DNA of 59,435 bases, filler included, from 6 parts of 6 records of this genome joined end to end with filler, not necessarily neighbours in it; one strand, 5' to 3'; shown: positions 42,154 through 53,918, numbered from the whole stretch's first letter. A program made the numbers and translations. The notes: generated by a model not told the origin, from the letters alone.

Positions 42154-42480
42154 AGCGTATAGAAGCTAAGTGTCACCGGAAGTGAGCTTAGCGTTCGGTT
42201 TCCCGCTACGGCAAGGGAAAGAGAGTTCCCTACAGCGAGGCGTGCGAGTTCTCGTGTGCAAGCGCTTCGCTTCGCTGTCCCGTCGTTTTCTGCGCTGCCA
42301 CACGCTGCACGAGCTCGGCGCTTACGCACACACGCAGAAGGAAGGCGAAGGGGACCTGCTACATAGCCCTACTTTGTAGCTATGATGACATAAAGTAAGT
42401 GACGAGCATGCTGCGGTCCAGCGATCGTGCGCACGGGAGAGGCCCAGGCAAGGACGCGTGAGGACGTGCACCTGACTTTT

Positions 42481-42502
42481 TCTTCTTCTTCTTCTTCTTC
42501 TT
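42481..42502. repeat. (CTT)n microsatellite
   Basis: TCTTCTTCTTCTTCTTCTTCTT. Confidence 0.9.
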
Positions 42503-43160
42503 GGTTTCAGCACCGGACTAAAGCGTAGAAATGATGGATAAAATTTGCACTTGGATAAAGACGCCTTTGCTGTGCGCGATGAAGTGGGTTTGCAGGCAGG
42601 TGTATGGCAGGCCGAGCACTGCACTGTTTCCCCTTTGCTGCCATGAAGGAGGTGTTGGGCATTCTGACAAAGTGCCATGCCCAGCCCTTTTTGCTGTTTT
42701 TCTGTACAAATTCTTCCTCTGGTTACATTTTGATGAATTGTATGGAGGCGTCCTGCGATTGCGGATGATTTTGCCTTTCCTTTCTTTCCCACAGTAAATC
42801 AGGAAATGAGTCCCTGTGCAATTTCTCTCTTTTGCCCCCGCCGAGTGGTCACCTCTTCCCGCGGATCGCTTTCGTCACCGCTACTAGGTCTGGCCTTGCG
42901 CCGTCGCAGCGCTGCCGCGCAAGCCGGAGCGTCGCCGCTGTGCGGCGCCGAGTATGGATTGTCTCGCGTGGCCGTGATCACCCAGCCAGGTGCAGCGAGC
43001 ACCAGCGTGAACCTCCCGAGCGTGGAGCCGACCCCGCGCGGGTCGGACAAGGGGGCGTGCCTGCTCTTTTTTACCCGATCGAGAGCGGGAAGACGTTCCA
43101 TTCTCACTTTTCTTGTCGCGTATTGTGCTACTGTAGTAACTCGTTGTTGGATTTTGCGCC

Positions 43161-45970
43161 ATGCTTGCGTGCCCTGCGCTCTTTGCGGGCCGGCTCCGCC
43201 GCGGAGATAATGCGGACGTTGCGCTTGCCGCGTGCGGCAGCGGCGAGACACCAGGAGAGGCTGGCGCCGCGAACAGGCAAGAGTTGCCCGCGCGCACCGC
43301 GGCGCGCGTCTCGACGGAGCTCATCGCGGGGTCCGTCGCGGGGATGGCGGGAAGGGTACGTCTTGGTATTTGCAAGATAAATATATATCCGATTGCGTGT
43401 AGAACAGTTGTTGCGGCGGGCGCGCTGTTTCTGCTCTCGCTGGCGCTTTGCGAGCACTTCGCTGCGCGACTGCGGCCAGGCGGAGGCGTGACTGGGGAAA
43501 TTTGCAGTGACGCACGCGGGGTTGTGACGACTGCGATAGTGCACGCTTTCGGGTGGCTCCGACATCGCGAGACGCTCCCGTTACAAGCGGTACTTTCCCC
43601 CTTTTCTTCCCGCTACTTCGCCTGATTTTGTATGTCAATATTGTGATTTTGAAGGTTGCGGTTGCGGTTGCGCGCACCCGTGTGCACGTCGCGGGTCTTG
43701 GGCTGCCTACGGGGTGAACCTTGCGCACGCGCGTGCGGTGCTTCGCCGGGCGTAGTATCCGATTTGGCAAGGCCGCTCGTGGCCCTCATTCGCCGCACGA
43801 TGTCGCACGCTGTCGTACGGTGTTGCACGCGACCGCACGTAGCGCACCCTGGCGCGTGCTTTCGCGTTCCTGGCGTTCCTCCCGTGCGAGTTGTACGGGT
43901 AAGCGCTGCAACTTCTTGCGTCGTTGCGACGGAATATCGCAGTATGTTTGAGTTTGAATATTTAGCATTACTATGTACGCGTGGAAGTAGTCTCATGGTC
44001 GCAGCGAGGGGTGTGAGAACGTACGGAGAACACTGCAGGTGCTCTCTTCTCTGCCGCAACACGGCACCTCGCTAGCGCACGTGCGCTCTGCGCCGCTGGA
44101 GCCAAACACTACCTCGGCACATCAAGGATTACATTCTTGTGTATGAATATGATTATGGTAGCTTGTCAGGGTGCTGTGATGGGTTTCATACGCATAAGGA
44201 GCTGCTGGTTGGTTTTGCTTTCACGCAGTAGGCTTGTTGCGAGGTTGTTTGCGGCACAAGCAAATGTACTTCCCGCCCGAGTGCCCGAGCGCTTGTGCGC
44301 GCGCAGTGCGGAGGAGTGAAGGAAGAAAAGAAAAGAACTTGCCGCTGTAAGCTGCTTTATGACTTGTTTTATGTTCGATGCGATGATCCCAGCTTCATCG
44401 GGACGGCGGTGCGGGTACCCCCGCTTACCAGCGTGATCTCCACGTGCGCACACCGTGCTCGTCGTGAGGAGCGGCTGGTGTCTAGCCCCAGTCGCGCACT
44501 CGAGTGAGCGCGTGAGCGAGGGCAGCGTGCTGCGCTCGTGCCGTGGCCTTGTTAAGCTCCATCCACCATACGGGTCCGCGAACGCTGGCGCGTACGGAGG
44601 AACGCCTCATCCTGTGGAAGCACGCGAGCGCGTCTTGCTCGGCATGCGGTCCCAAACGCAGCGTAGACCTCGCTGCGCGTCGCGGCACACGCGGCAACGC
44701 GGACGCCGACACACTGCGCTGCGGAGCAATACGAGCGAACCGCAAGTCGCACGTACACGGCAAAGTGCCCGCTGCGCAGCACTGCAACTGGTTACACGTA
44801 GCTCTCTCCCATCCTGCCAACTGGTTTCTGATGCTCTATTCTCGTTCCACCCGGGCTCCTCGGTTGCCGTTGCAGTTTGTCGAGCAGCCGTTCGATGCGG
44901 TGAAGACAGCACAACAGACTGCTCGGTTTCCAGACGGCGCTACTTCGCTGACAGCCACCGCGCGGAGACTTCTCGCTAGCGATGGGTTTCGTGGCCTCTA
45001 TCGCGGGTGGTCTGCGCCCATGGTAGGCGCCGTATTTGAGACGATGGGGATCTTTGCGGTGCATAGCGCGCTCAAAGAGCGCCTTTCACCTGACTTGAGC
45101 GAGCTACAGCGCGGCTTCCTTGCCGGCGCCGGTGCTGGAGCAGTCGTGTCCGTGGTTCTCGCGCCTACGGAGCTCATCAAAGTCAAGCTGCAGGTACGTA
45201 GACGGTGTGGCGGCGACCGGTGGACGGGAGCCGATGCGCTTGCACCATTCCGCGATAGCCTCTCGGCGTCGCCAAGGAGCGATCGTATTTCGTCTTCATT
45301 GCGCACGGCATGCGAATGCATTGCTGCGGTTGTTTTTGTTGCGCGCAGTCTCGTGGTGCGCCGCGAATCGTGTCGGGCGCTCCGCCTCCCGCTGTGATGT
45401 CGGACGTGTCCGCTGGTGCTCCTCCCACCGTTCCCGATGCCAATCCTTAGTGGCCGTACGCTGCATGTGCCTTGCCCTCTTTCTTCGTCATGTGAACGAC
45501 TGCAGTGTGATCCCAAGGGAGCGACGTACGTGAGCGCTCGGCACTGCTTCCAGCATATTCTTGCGCGGCACGGCGTGCGCGGTGTCTTCCAGGGACTCAT
45601 CGCCACGTCGGCGCGCGAGATCGCGGGCACGGCGTGCCAGTTCGCCGTCTACGACTACGCGTTACACGCTATGACCGCGCACGCGGGATCGGATACCGCA
45701 CACCCGCCCGCATGGTGCATTGTAGCGAGCGGAGGGCTCTCGGGGATGGCGTACTGGGCGTCGCTGTTCCCGGCGGATGTTCTCAAAACCCGCGTGCAGG
45801 CGCACGGCGTCTCGTACCGCGCGGCACTCGCGGCGGTCCTGGCGCAGTACGGCGTGCGCGGCTTGTACGCGGGACTGGGATCCGCACTCTTGCGCGCCGT
45901 GCCAGCGAATGCAGTCATCTTCCTGGCGTACGAACATGCCAAAGAATTCGTGACGACACTGTTGCTGTAG
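43161..45970 (+). CDS. Mitochondrial carrier (SLC25), ornithine/carnitine-carrier-like; exons 43161-43355, 44876-45193, 45506-45970
   Basis: Phase-0 GT-AG introns give ELIAGSVAGMAGR-FVEQPFDAVKT, PTELIKVKLQ and PADVLKTRVQ (three PxD/ExxK motifs), G.RGLY.G, RAVPANAVIF; start codon tentative. Confidence 0.88.
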
Positions 45971-46535
45971 CGCCAGGAACGAGCCATCTACCAAACGAAC
46001 GCGTGCCTTGTTTATCGCTGGCTATGTGCCCGCACGCAAGGGCTCCGTCTCTGCTTCTATCTATCTGCTCGCGTGTCTGTTCGCGCTCGCTGGGGGAGGT
46101 AACACGGCGCGCTCGGGCTGCGCGGGTCGATTGGGGGGGGCACGGATACCCTCTCTTTGTCACGCAAGCTTCTCTATGTATTATTATTATTTTGATGCAG
46201 TGGTTTAAAGTATGCACGTTGCTGTACATGGCTATCGTGTGGCTATGCTTTGTTTCAGGTTCAGGTGCAGCTTCAGGTTCCGTTATTCCTTGGTTGGCAG
46301 AGCGGCTTATCGACCGAGTTTCTTGCTCCGCGCCTCGAGCGGAATGCAGGATCCGAAATGAACGCTCTGTAGCCACAACTCCCGTCATCATCGTCCCCGG
46401 CCCCCAACCTTTCCACACGGCTACTGCGTTCCAACGGCATGTATATATGTATTTCAGGGCATTGTCCGCCTCTGGGATCGCGCGTGCTACTCCGGCTCTC
46501 TCGCGTTGCGGACCGACCTTGGGCCGTCTGTGCAA

Positions 46536-48479
46536 CTAGCGCTGCGCTTTCACCTGGGCCTGCAGCCTCGCATTCTCCTCCTTGATCTGCTCGAGATCTG
46601 CCACAAGCTTGTCCATCTGCACATCGCACCCACACGCGGTACATGAAGCACGAATCACTTCAGATTCGGACTCCGCGGCAAGCGACCCTCTGTGCCGATT
46701 TGCGGCGGAAGGAGAAACAGCACCGCAGCGTCTTTTCACGTACATTGGAATTGAGAATCTTTTCATCGGCATCTTCAATGTTCTTCTCCAGTTCTCTGCA
46801 TTTCAGGAATGCCTGGTGGCGCTCTTCTGTGCGGCGAATCAGCGACTGGAAGTGCTCATCGAGCATCGTTACGAGCTTGTACGACTGCTTTGCCTCCTTG
46901 CCCGTCGCGGAGTCCTCGGTGAACCGATACACGAGCTCTTCCGCAGCGCCAAACGAGCGCTGCGACACCTCGGTGTCCTTTTGAATCGACTTGAGCACAT
47001 CACGAATATCCCGATTGATTCGCTGCACCTCGGAGGACTGTTTGTGAATATTTCGAATGATGTCCATAATCTTGCGCGTATCTAAAGACAGAGCACACAT
47101 TGCAGTGCATAGTGAGGCAGACACGAGCTCAGCGGTGGGTTGGAGCAGGTCTGTGAGCGGCGCGCGCGCGGTACAGAAGCAGCAAGACCGCGCCATTCCA
47201 CCCCCCCTCCCCCAAAGACGGCTACGCATGCAGCTACGGACGCAACCTGCTGTGATTATTGTGCGTGTCAAGTGGCGGAATGCAGTGCAGTGGTCGTGTG
47301 GAGGACGCGGGCACACGTGCGCACAGCGATGCGCAGAGACGTACACACACGGGGCTCCGCGCGCCAGTTGCGGCCGTGCGCACCGCGTGGATACCCCTAC
47401 TGGCGTCGGCAACGTACAGACACCGCGGTCGACTTGCTTCATGCGGTCCACGTGGTCGCTGAGCTTCTTCGCCATGTCCTCGCGCTCGCGGATATCCTGG
47501 ATCATCGACTTGAGCGACTTGCGCAGCGCACGCGCTGCTTCGAGCTTACCGCGCGCCGCCTCTGTGCGCGACTGAGCGAGACCACGGAGGCGCCGCACTT
47601 CATCAATCAGCGGTTTGCGCCGCTTCTCCCACTCGCTTGCAAGCGTTGCCAGACGCTCCGAAGAGGCGGCGGAGATCTCGCGCAAACTGCGCTCGTTCCC
47701 TTCCGGATCGGAAAGGAGCTCCACCGCCTGCTTACGAATACGGTTCTCACGCTCGAGATCGCCACTGGACGCATCGGCCAGCGACAGCGCATAGCGCGCC
47801 TGCAGAACAGCGATACACGCCGCGCACACCCAGAAACGCAGCAGTATGAGTGAGTCGCGCATCTCCTCGCTCTCTCTCCTCTTCACAGGGCGCAGAACGA
47901 GCGACACAACCTGACGCGACCGGCCGCACGAGCGCCATCGAGCGCCCCGAGCAGCTTCGCTGGCGACTCGGGCGGCCTTCTGCGCGCCCGAGTCGAGCCG
48001 CCCGTACGACCGCGCCTGCTCTCGCCTCCACCGGCAAGGAACACCGACGGCGCGCACGACGCTCCCCGCACCTGCTGCATGCCAGCCACCGCCGCATCGC
48101 GCTCGCGCGCGAACCGATCCGTTTCCTCGCGCAGTGCGTCGATGCGCGCCTGCAGCTCTGCCAGCTCGCGCTCCTGACGCTCGCGCTCGCTCTCCTTCTC
48201 CGCAGCCGCGTCCGCCTCGCTCTCCGCTGTGACCACCACGGCATCGTCCCCGGCCTCCTGCTTGAACGCGCGACCGCGCGTGAATGCGCTCCCACCGCGC
48301 GCATCGTCGGCGCCGGCATCCGCGGCAAGTATATCCAGCAGATCCGCCAGCTGGGCGTCCGCCGATCGCGCGCTCTCCGCGGCTCCCGACGAGGCCCCGT
48401 GGCTGCCCTGGAGCGCCTGCAGCAGCAACCGTTCCGCACACGGCACGAACGCGACGCGTGCCGTTACGCTCGGCAGCAC
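46536..48479 (-). CDS. CCDC22: CCDC22 (CCC/Commander complex subunit), 3' part, multi-exon
   Basis: Introns 46617-46743 and 47082-47417 give RL..LASEWEKRRKPLI, DRGVYTRKIMDIIRNIHKQ, RSF...EELVY, KQSYKLV..L.E.F..LI, DL..IKEEN..L*; upstream exon ends at donor 48071; 5' bound approximate. Confidence 0.82.
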
Positions 48480-48657
48480 TCAGGCGATCCGCGAGCGGCC
48501 GCACCGGACGAGCAACGCGGCCTGTACGCTCCATGCAGCACCGCAGCGCGCTCTCCGTTCCAATGCCAGCAACGCGCAGGCACCGGTGGGCGCGAGAGCA
48601 AGGGCCTGCTCCCTTGATCACCGGTACAAGGCGCGGGAAAGACTCGAGGAGAAAGAG

Positions 48658-48684
48658 CACACACACACACACACACACACACAC
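48658..48684. repeat. (CA)n microsatellite at contig end
   Basis: CA run abutting the linker, probably the cause of the assembly break. Confidence 0.92.
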
Positions 48685-48784
48685 NNNNNNNNNNNNNNNN
48701 NNNNNNNNNNNNNNNNNNNNNNNNNNNNTTAATTAATTAANNNNNNNNNNNNNNNNNNNNNNNNNNNNNNNNNNNNNNNNNNNN
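48685..48784. other. Artificial contig linker
   Basis: N44-TTAATTAATTAA-N44. Confidence 0.99.
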
Positions 48785-49687
48785 GATGTACTTGGCCTGA
48801 TCCGCCAGACGCTGGGTGTCGGTTGCGAACATGATGTAGTCCAGCGCGCGCTGCTTGCGCTCATCGCTTAGGCCAGCCGGGATGATCCAACCGTCCAGAT
48901 CGAATACCTGCGCGTCCCAAAGCATGGCGACGGGTTGCTTCTGTTCTTCAATCACGCTGAACAGGCGGCCATTATAGGTCGAACCCATGACAACTTCGCC
49001 ATCGGCCAGTAGCTGCGGCGTATCTGCACCGGCAGACCACCAGACAACGTTGTCTTTGATGGTGCCTAGCTTGGCCAACGCTTGTTCCTGACCTTCCGGA
49101 GTTGCCAAAACGTCATAGACGTCGTCCTTTGCAACACCGTCACAGAGCAGGGCCCATTCCATGTTGTTGATTGGGCGCTTTTCCAGCGAACGCTTGCCGG
49201 GATAGTTTTCCAGATCGAACACGGCGCAGATATCGCTGGGCGGAGTGTCACCCACCAGATCGGTGCGATAGCCGAAAGTGGTCGAATACACGATTTGCGG
49301 GATAAAGCAGTCGCTGACCAGCAGGTCACCGAAATCATCCGCGGCCGAGGTGCCATCGGGCGCCGGAGCCAGCATGGTGTCAGGATCGATTTCCATCGCC
49401 AGACCCTCGTCGCACAGACGGATCGCATCCGCTGCAACAACGTCAACCACGTCCCAGGTGATGTTGCCGGCTTCGTTCATCGCGCGCAGCTTAGCCACAG
49501 CTTCAGCCGAGCTGTCATCATTCAGAATGGTGACGCCGGTCTTTTCCGAATAGGGCTCGTGATACGCCTTGAGCTGCGATTTGGAATAGGCGCCACCCCA
49601 AGAGACGATGGTCATCTCTTGCGCGGAAACGCCACCGGCCGCTGTCATCAGAGCCGCTGCGGTCAGCAGTGTCTTTGTTGGTTTCAT
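48785..49687 (-). CDS. ABC transporter substrate-binding protein, polyamine/PotD-like (3' end cut)
   Basis: Signal peptide, VSWGGAY..SQ, WDVVDV, PGKR.L, QLLADGEVVM...YNGR. Confidence 0.9.
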
Positions 49688-49760
49688 GTGTTACTCCCAG
49701 TACATCCCGTTGATTGTATGGTCAGCTAGCGCACGGGATTCGCCAGCCGGTCCCTCAGTG

Positions 49761-49786
49761 AAGCCGCGTTTGTCCCCACGCGGCTT
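49761..49786. other. Intercistronic hairpin between ABC ATPase and binding-protein genes
   Basis: AAGCCGCGT-ttgtcccc-ACGCGGCTT perfect 9-bp stem with no long U-tract. Confidence 0.55.
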
Positions 49787-49789
49787 GGT

Positions 49790-50890
49790 CTATGCGTCGA
49801 GCGCACGACAATCCTTGGCTAGCCAGCCGATTTCGATCTCTTGACCGGGTTTCAGGCGGATGGCATCGGGGGCGTTCCGTGTCTTGACAATGAACTCGTC
49901 ATTGCCTGCCACCGACATGCGGAAGCGGAACACGTCGCCCATATAGATGAATTCCTTGACCGTCGCCTTCAGCGTATGCGCATCGGCGTGCAGGCGGTCC
50001 TTGTTGAATTCCACGCGTTCGGGCCGGATAGAGACTTTGGTCCGTTCGCCCGCTTTGTGCACGTTGATCGGCACGGCGTCGATTTCCGATCCGTCATCCA
50101 ACTGCACAAGGCAGGTGTCACCATCGATCGATTTCACCACACCTTCCATCGTGTTGTTTTCACCGATGAATTGCGCAACAAAGCTGTTTTCGGGCTCTTC
50201 ATACAGCTGATCCGGCGGGGCCAGTTGCTGAATGCGGCCATCGTCGAACACCGCGACACGGTCGGACATGGTCAATGCCTCGGTCTGGTCATGGGTCACG
50301 TAGACGGTGGTGATGCCCAGCTCATGCGCGAGACGGGTAATCTCGAACTGCATATGTTCGCGCAGCTGCTTGTCCAGTGCGCCCAGCGGTTCATCCATCA
50401 GAACAAGTTCAGGCTCAAACACCAGAGCGCGCGCGAGGGCGATCCGCTGTTGCTGTCCACCTGACAGTTGCGCGGGGCGGCGATTGCCGAACTCACCCAT
50501 CTGGACCATGTCCAACGCCCGTTTGACTTTGGCCTCACGCGTGGATTTGTCCAGCTTGCGGACTTCCAGCGGGAACGCAAGGTTCTCGGCCACGGTCATG
50601 TGCGGAAACAAAGCGTAGTTCTGGAACACCATCCCGATACCGCGTTTATGCGGTGGGATGTTGTTGATGGGCTTCCCATCCAACAGAATTTCGCCATGAG
50701 TGGCTGTTTCGAATCCGGCAAGCATCATCAGACAGGTTGTTTTACCTGATCCGGACGGCCCGAGCATGGTCAGGAATTCGCCCTTTGGCATTGCCAGGTT
50801 AAGATCTTTGACGACGAGATTCTCGCCATCATAAGACTTTTGAACGCGTTGAAATTCGACAAACGCGGCGTCGGTGTTTGTGTCGGTCAC
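49790..50890 (-). CDS. potA: ABC transporter ATP-binding protein, PotA-like
   Basis: GPSGSGKTT, GMVFQNYALFPHMTV, LSGGQQQR.ALARAL, MDEPLGALDK, VTHDQ.EA, C-terminal TOBE-like region. Confidence 0.85.
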   Translation of the reverse strand: MTDTNTDAAFVEFQRVQKSYDGENLVVKDLNLAMPKGEFLTMLGPSGSGKTTCLMMLAGFETATHGEILLDGKPINNIPPHKRGIGMVFQNYALFPHMTVAENLAFPLEVRKLDKSTREAKVKRALDMVQMGEFGNRRPAQLSGGQQQRIALARALVFEPELVLMDEPLGALDKQLREHMQFEITRLAHELGITTVYVTHDQTEALTMSDRVAVFDDGRIQQLAPPDQLYEEPENSFVAQFIGENNTMEGVVKSIDGDTCLVQLDDGSEIDAVPINVHKAGERTKVSIRPERVEFNKDRLHADAHTLKATVKEFIYMGDVFRFRMSVAGNDEFIVKTRNAPDAIRLKPGQEIEIGWLAKDCRALDA

Positions 50891-51022
50891 AAGACCCCCT
50901 GTTGCGTCAAATGATTACCCGGTTGGTCCGGATTTCATTGATCCTCTCGTGCATTGAAGCCGAGGCTAACAAATGGTCGCAAGCCCGTAAAGCAATTGAG
51001 TTACCCATAGCGTCGCTTTTAC

Positions 51023-51736
51023 CTAGTTTTGCGACATGTTCAGGTGTTTCATATGCCATGCTAGGCTTTGGTTGCTTGACAAAACAGGCTTGCGTATTCG
51101 TGCTTCGATCTGGGGAATTGCTGCAAGGGTTCGCAGGTTTGTACAGCTGAGGAACACTGCATCGACGGTCGAATCAGTGCCCAGACGGACTGCGGCTTCG
51201 ACGACGGACGCGGTTGAAATACGTACAACTTTGGCCTCTTCCGCCTCACCGAATGTGCCAAACACATCCATCGTGATCCCCTGTTTCGCAAAGGCGCGCC
51301 GCAGCGGGGTGTTCACCTCTTCGATATAGGGTGAGAGGAGGGCAAGTTTCGATACTCCTCGATCCTTGGCGCAGGCCGTCGCCGCGCGTAAAGGGTTGGT
51401 CACTATGTCGACATCGCAGGTTTGTTTTACCATTTTCTCAACCTGCTCGGACCCGATGACCGAACTGGCGGACGTACAACCATAGCCGACGACCCGATAT
51501 GGCCGCGCCTTTGGCAGCAGATCAGCGGCGGCAGGCAGGTCGGTTTCCATTTGCGCCAGTGTGTCAGTGTTGACCTCGGCCCCGCTTGGGATGCGGCTCA
51601 CATAGAGTGGGCTTTTATCATCGGCAAAGAGTGCGCTGAATTCTGGCTCGATTGTTTCATCTGTTTGCAGAACGATCAGACCCATTGGCACCGCGGAGCG
51701 GTCATCGGGATCGAGTGTATATGGCAAAGTGTTCAT
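51023..51736 (-). CDS. Asp/Glu racemase - maleate isomerase family protein (EutA-like)
   Basis: GLIVLQTDETIE, YGCTSAS, LSPY, FLSCTNL, PVLSSNQ: two catalytic Cys. Confidence 0.88.
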   Translation of the reverse strand: MNTLPYTLDPDDRSAVPMGLIVLQTDETIEPEFSALFADDKSPLYVSRIPSGAEVNTDTLAQMETDLPAAADLLPKARPYRVVGYGCTSASSVIGSEQVEKMVKQTCDVDIVTNPLRAATACAKDRGVSKLALLSPYIEEVNTPLRRAFAKQGITMDVFGTFGEAEEAKVVRISTASVVEAAVRLGTDSTVDAVFLSCTNLRTLAAIPQIEARIRKPVLSSNQSLAWHMKHLNMSQN

Positions 51737-52878
51737 AGCTCGGCAATCTCCGGTCCGATGCGGGGGCTGAGGAATTCGGGCGCACCCTCGGTTATCAGGA
51801 TGTTTTCCTCATGCACGATAATCTTGTCGTTCACGGCAATGCCCGGTTCCAGCGTCAAAACCATGCCGGGCAGCAACTTGGTATGATCATCAGGGATGAG
51901 AGAGGGCCATTCTGTCAGCGACATGCCCAGACCGTGGCCCAGACGACCGGCATCGGTCCCTTCGCCACCATCAGTCAGAATTGCATTCATGGTGTGAAAC
52001 AACTGCGACGCGGTGGCACCCGGTCGGGCCTGGTCAAATGCAGCATCCGAGGCCTCAATCAACCGCGCATGGGCCGCGCGAACCGACGCGCTTGGCGGGC
52101 CGACCGACCAGTTGCGGTCGTAATCGCAGAAATACCCATCGCGCACGAGACCGGTATCCAGCATCAAAACATCGCCCGACTCCAATGGCGTTTGCGTGGC
52201 GGGTGAGATCACATCCGTATACCCGCCTTGCTCGGCCGCTCCGGCCAGATAGGGGACCCAGTCGGCCCCTTCCTCAAGGCAGAGCATCTGAAAGCGCCGG
52301 AACACCTGATCAAGGGGGGTACCGATCGAAACAATTTCCGGCACCCGCGCAAAGGCCCGCGCACCGATCTGGCAGGCGGCACGAATCTTGGCCACTTCGG
52401 CATCAGACTTTACCATCCTCAGCGTGCGCAAGATGCCACGGTCGCCGGTAATCTGACGCGCTCCGATTGCCAATTGGAGGCGTCTCAGATCGGCCAGCGG
52501 CATCCGCACATGGGTTTCATGTCCATCGGGGCAACCGATTTGGGCACCTTCCGGAGTCAACTCGGTCAGCGCATCAGCCAACAGGGACACACCGTCATCT
52601 TTGAGGTCGGGCGCACTCCAGCTCCGAATATCATCAATCCATGTTTGCGCCATGAGCGCCGCACCGATTGACGGAATGACAGCAACCGGTTTGCCCGAGG
52701 CGGGCACGATCAGAAACCATGGCCGGGTCGGGCTTTCCCAGAAACGCGTGAGATAGCCCGTGAAATAGCGCAATTCGGGCTCGGTGGTCAGCAGTAGGGC
52801 AGATAGACCGGCTTGCTGCATCTGATCTTGCGCGCATGTTACCCGCACTTGGAACTCTGACGGCGCGAAGCCGATCAT
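51733..52878 (-). CDS. M24 family (Xaa-Pro peptidase/creatinase fold) hydrolase
   Basis: RYFTGY, RMVKS.AE, MLDTG....GYFCDYDR, GHGLG..LTEWP, TLEPG, VHEENI metal ligands; ATGA overlaps at both ends. Confidence 0.9.
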   Translation of the reverse strand: MIGFAPSEFQVRVTCAQDQMQQAGLSALLLTTEPELRYFTGYLTRFWESPTRPWFLIVPASGKPVAVIPSIGAALMAQTWIDDIRSWSAPDLKDDGVSLLADALTELTPEGAQIGCPDGHETHVRMPLADLRRLQLAIGARQITGDRGILRTLRMVKSDAEVAKIRAACQIGARAFARVPEIVSIGTPLDQVFRRFQMLCLEEGADWVPYLAGAAEQGGYTDVISPATQTPLESGDVLMLDTGLVRDGYFCDYDRNWSVGPPSASVRAAHARLIEASDAAFDQARPGATASQLFHTMNAILTDGGEGTDAGRLGHGLGMSLTEWPSLIPDDHTKLLPGMVLTLEPGIAVNDKIIVHEENILITEGAPEFLSPRIGPEIAEL

Positions 52879-53918
52879 GCGGGTTGTTCCGTCAGCATGC
52901 ATAGAACCTTGGCATCTTCGCCGATTCCCAACCCGGTACGGGCAGCGTCGTTCAGTACAGCGGCAATTCCGGCCCCTCCCGACGCGCTGGTCTCCAAATC
53001 TGTCTCAGCCATGATCGGAAGCTGCTCCGCGACATCAGAGTCGTCTATTGTCAGAAACAAATCAGCATCACGGGCAAGCCCATTCAATGCGATCAGCGAA
53101 GGCTCCTTGCAGTCCAACCGTCCCATGATGCTGTCGGGGCCATCGGCAAATACACTGTGGCCGGCCTCAATACTGGCCTGAAGCGCGGGGGCCGATGACG
53201 GCTCCACAACAATGATCTGGGGCGCGTCACCCCAAGCTACGCGCGCGTAGGCTGCAACTGCCCCCGCCATGCCACCAACACCAGCTTGCAGAAGAATGTG
53301 GGTTGGCACCTCTGGGCATTGTTCTGCCGTTTCGACTGCCATCTGCAGATAGCCTTCCATCAAGAGGTGTGGGAGTTCGGTATACCCCTCCCATGAACTG
53401 TCCGAGAGCAGGGTCCACCCGTTTTCCTGCGCTGCCCTGCTCGCAGCATCCATACTGGCCGCGTAATCTACACCAGCCCGAACCACTTGAGCATCTTGCG
53501 CGCGCAGTCGTTCGGCAAAACTTTCTGGAACGGTTTCTGCAATATAAACCACTGCCTCCGCTCCGAAGGTCCGCGCACCTGCGGCCATGCTCAGCCCGTG
53601 ATTGCCAGCGCTCGCCGTGATGTAGGTGCGCCCTTTTAGAGTGCTGGTATCCGGGTTGTCCGAGGCTTCATTCGCTTGGCAGGCGATTACATATGCGGCA
53701 CCCAAGGCTTTGAACGACCCAAGGCCCATGCGGGGCCGTTCATCCTTGACCCAGAGATTTGCAACAGGTGCAATCGCCGACGCGTCAATCAACGGAGTCT
53801 GTTCGAAATCCGGGCAAAAAGAGCGATGCCGTCCCAGGCGAATGGTTTCTACGGATGGATAGGGTGCCTGATCCGCAAGCTTTGACCCATTTCGAAACGG
53901 GTTGCTGACTATCTTCAT
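52875..53918 (-). CDS. PLP fold-type II enzyme, diaminopropionate ammonia-lyase-like
   Basis: VKDE..RMGLGSFKALGA, ASAGNHG, SDSSWEGY, LQAGVGG.A, IMGRLDCKEPS. Confidence 0.88.
   Translation of the reverse strand: MKIVSNPFRNGSKLADQAPYPSVETIRLGRHRSFCPDFEQTPLIDASAIAPVANLWVKDERPRMGLGSFKALGAAYVIACQANEASDNPDTSTLKGRTYITASAGNHGLSMAAGARTFGAEAVVYIAETVPESFAERLRAQDAQVVRAGVDYAASMDAASRAAQENGWTLLSDSSWEGYTELPHLLMEGYLQMAVETAEQCPEVPTHILLQAGVGGMAGAVAAYARVAWGDAPQIIVVEPSSAPALQASIEAGHSVFADGPDSIMGRLDCKEPSLIALNGLARDADLFLTIDDSDVAEQLPIMAETDLETSASGGAGIAAVLNDAARTGLGIGEDAKVLCMLTEQPA

Noticed and set aside
46660..48684. 674-aa ORF as one protein
   Set aside because: It starts in a microsatellite and reads through introns; only parts match CCDC22
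13455..49687. pdhA, ftsK, leuS and potD-like genes as pseudogenes
   Set aside because: Each truncation coincides with a contig end
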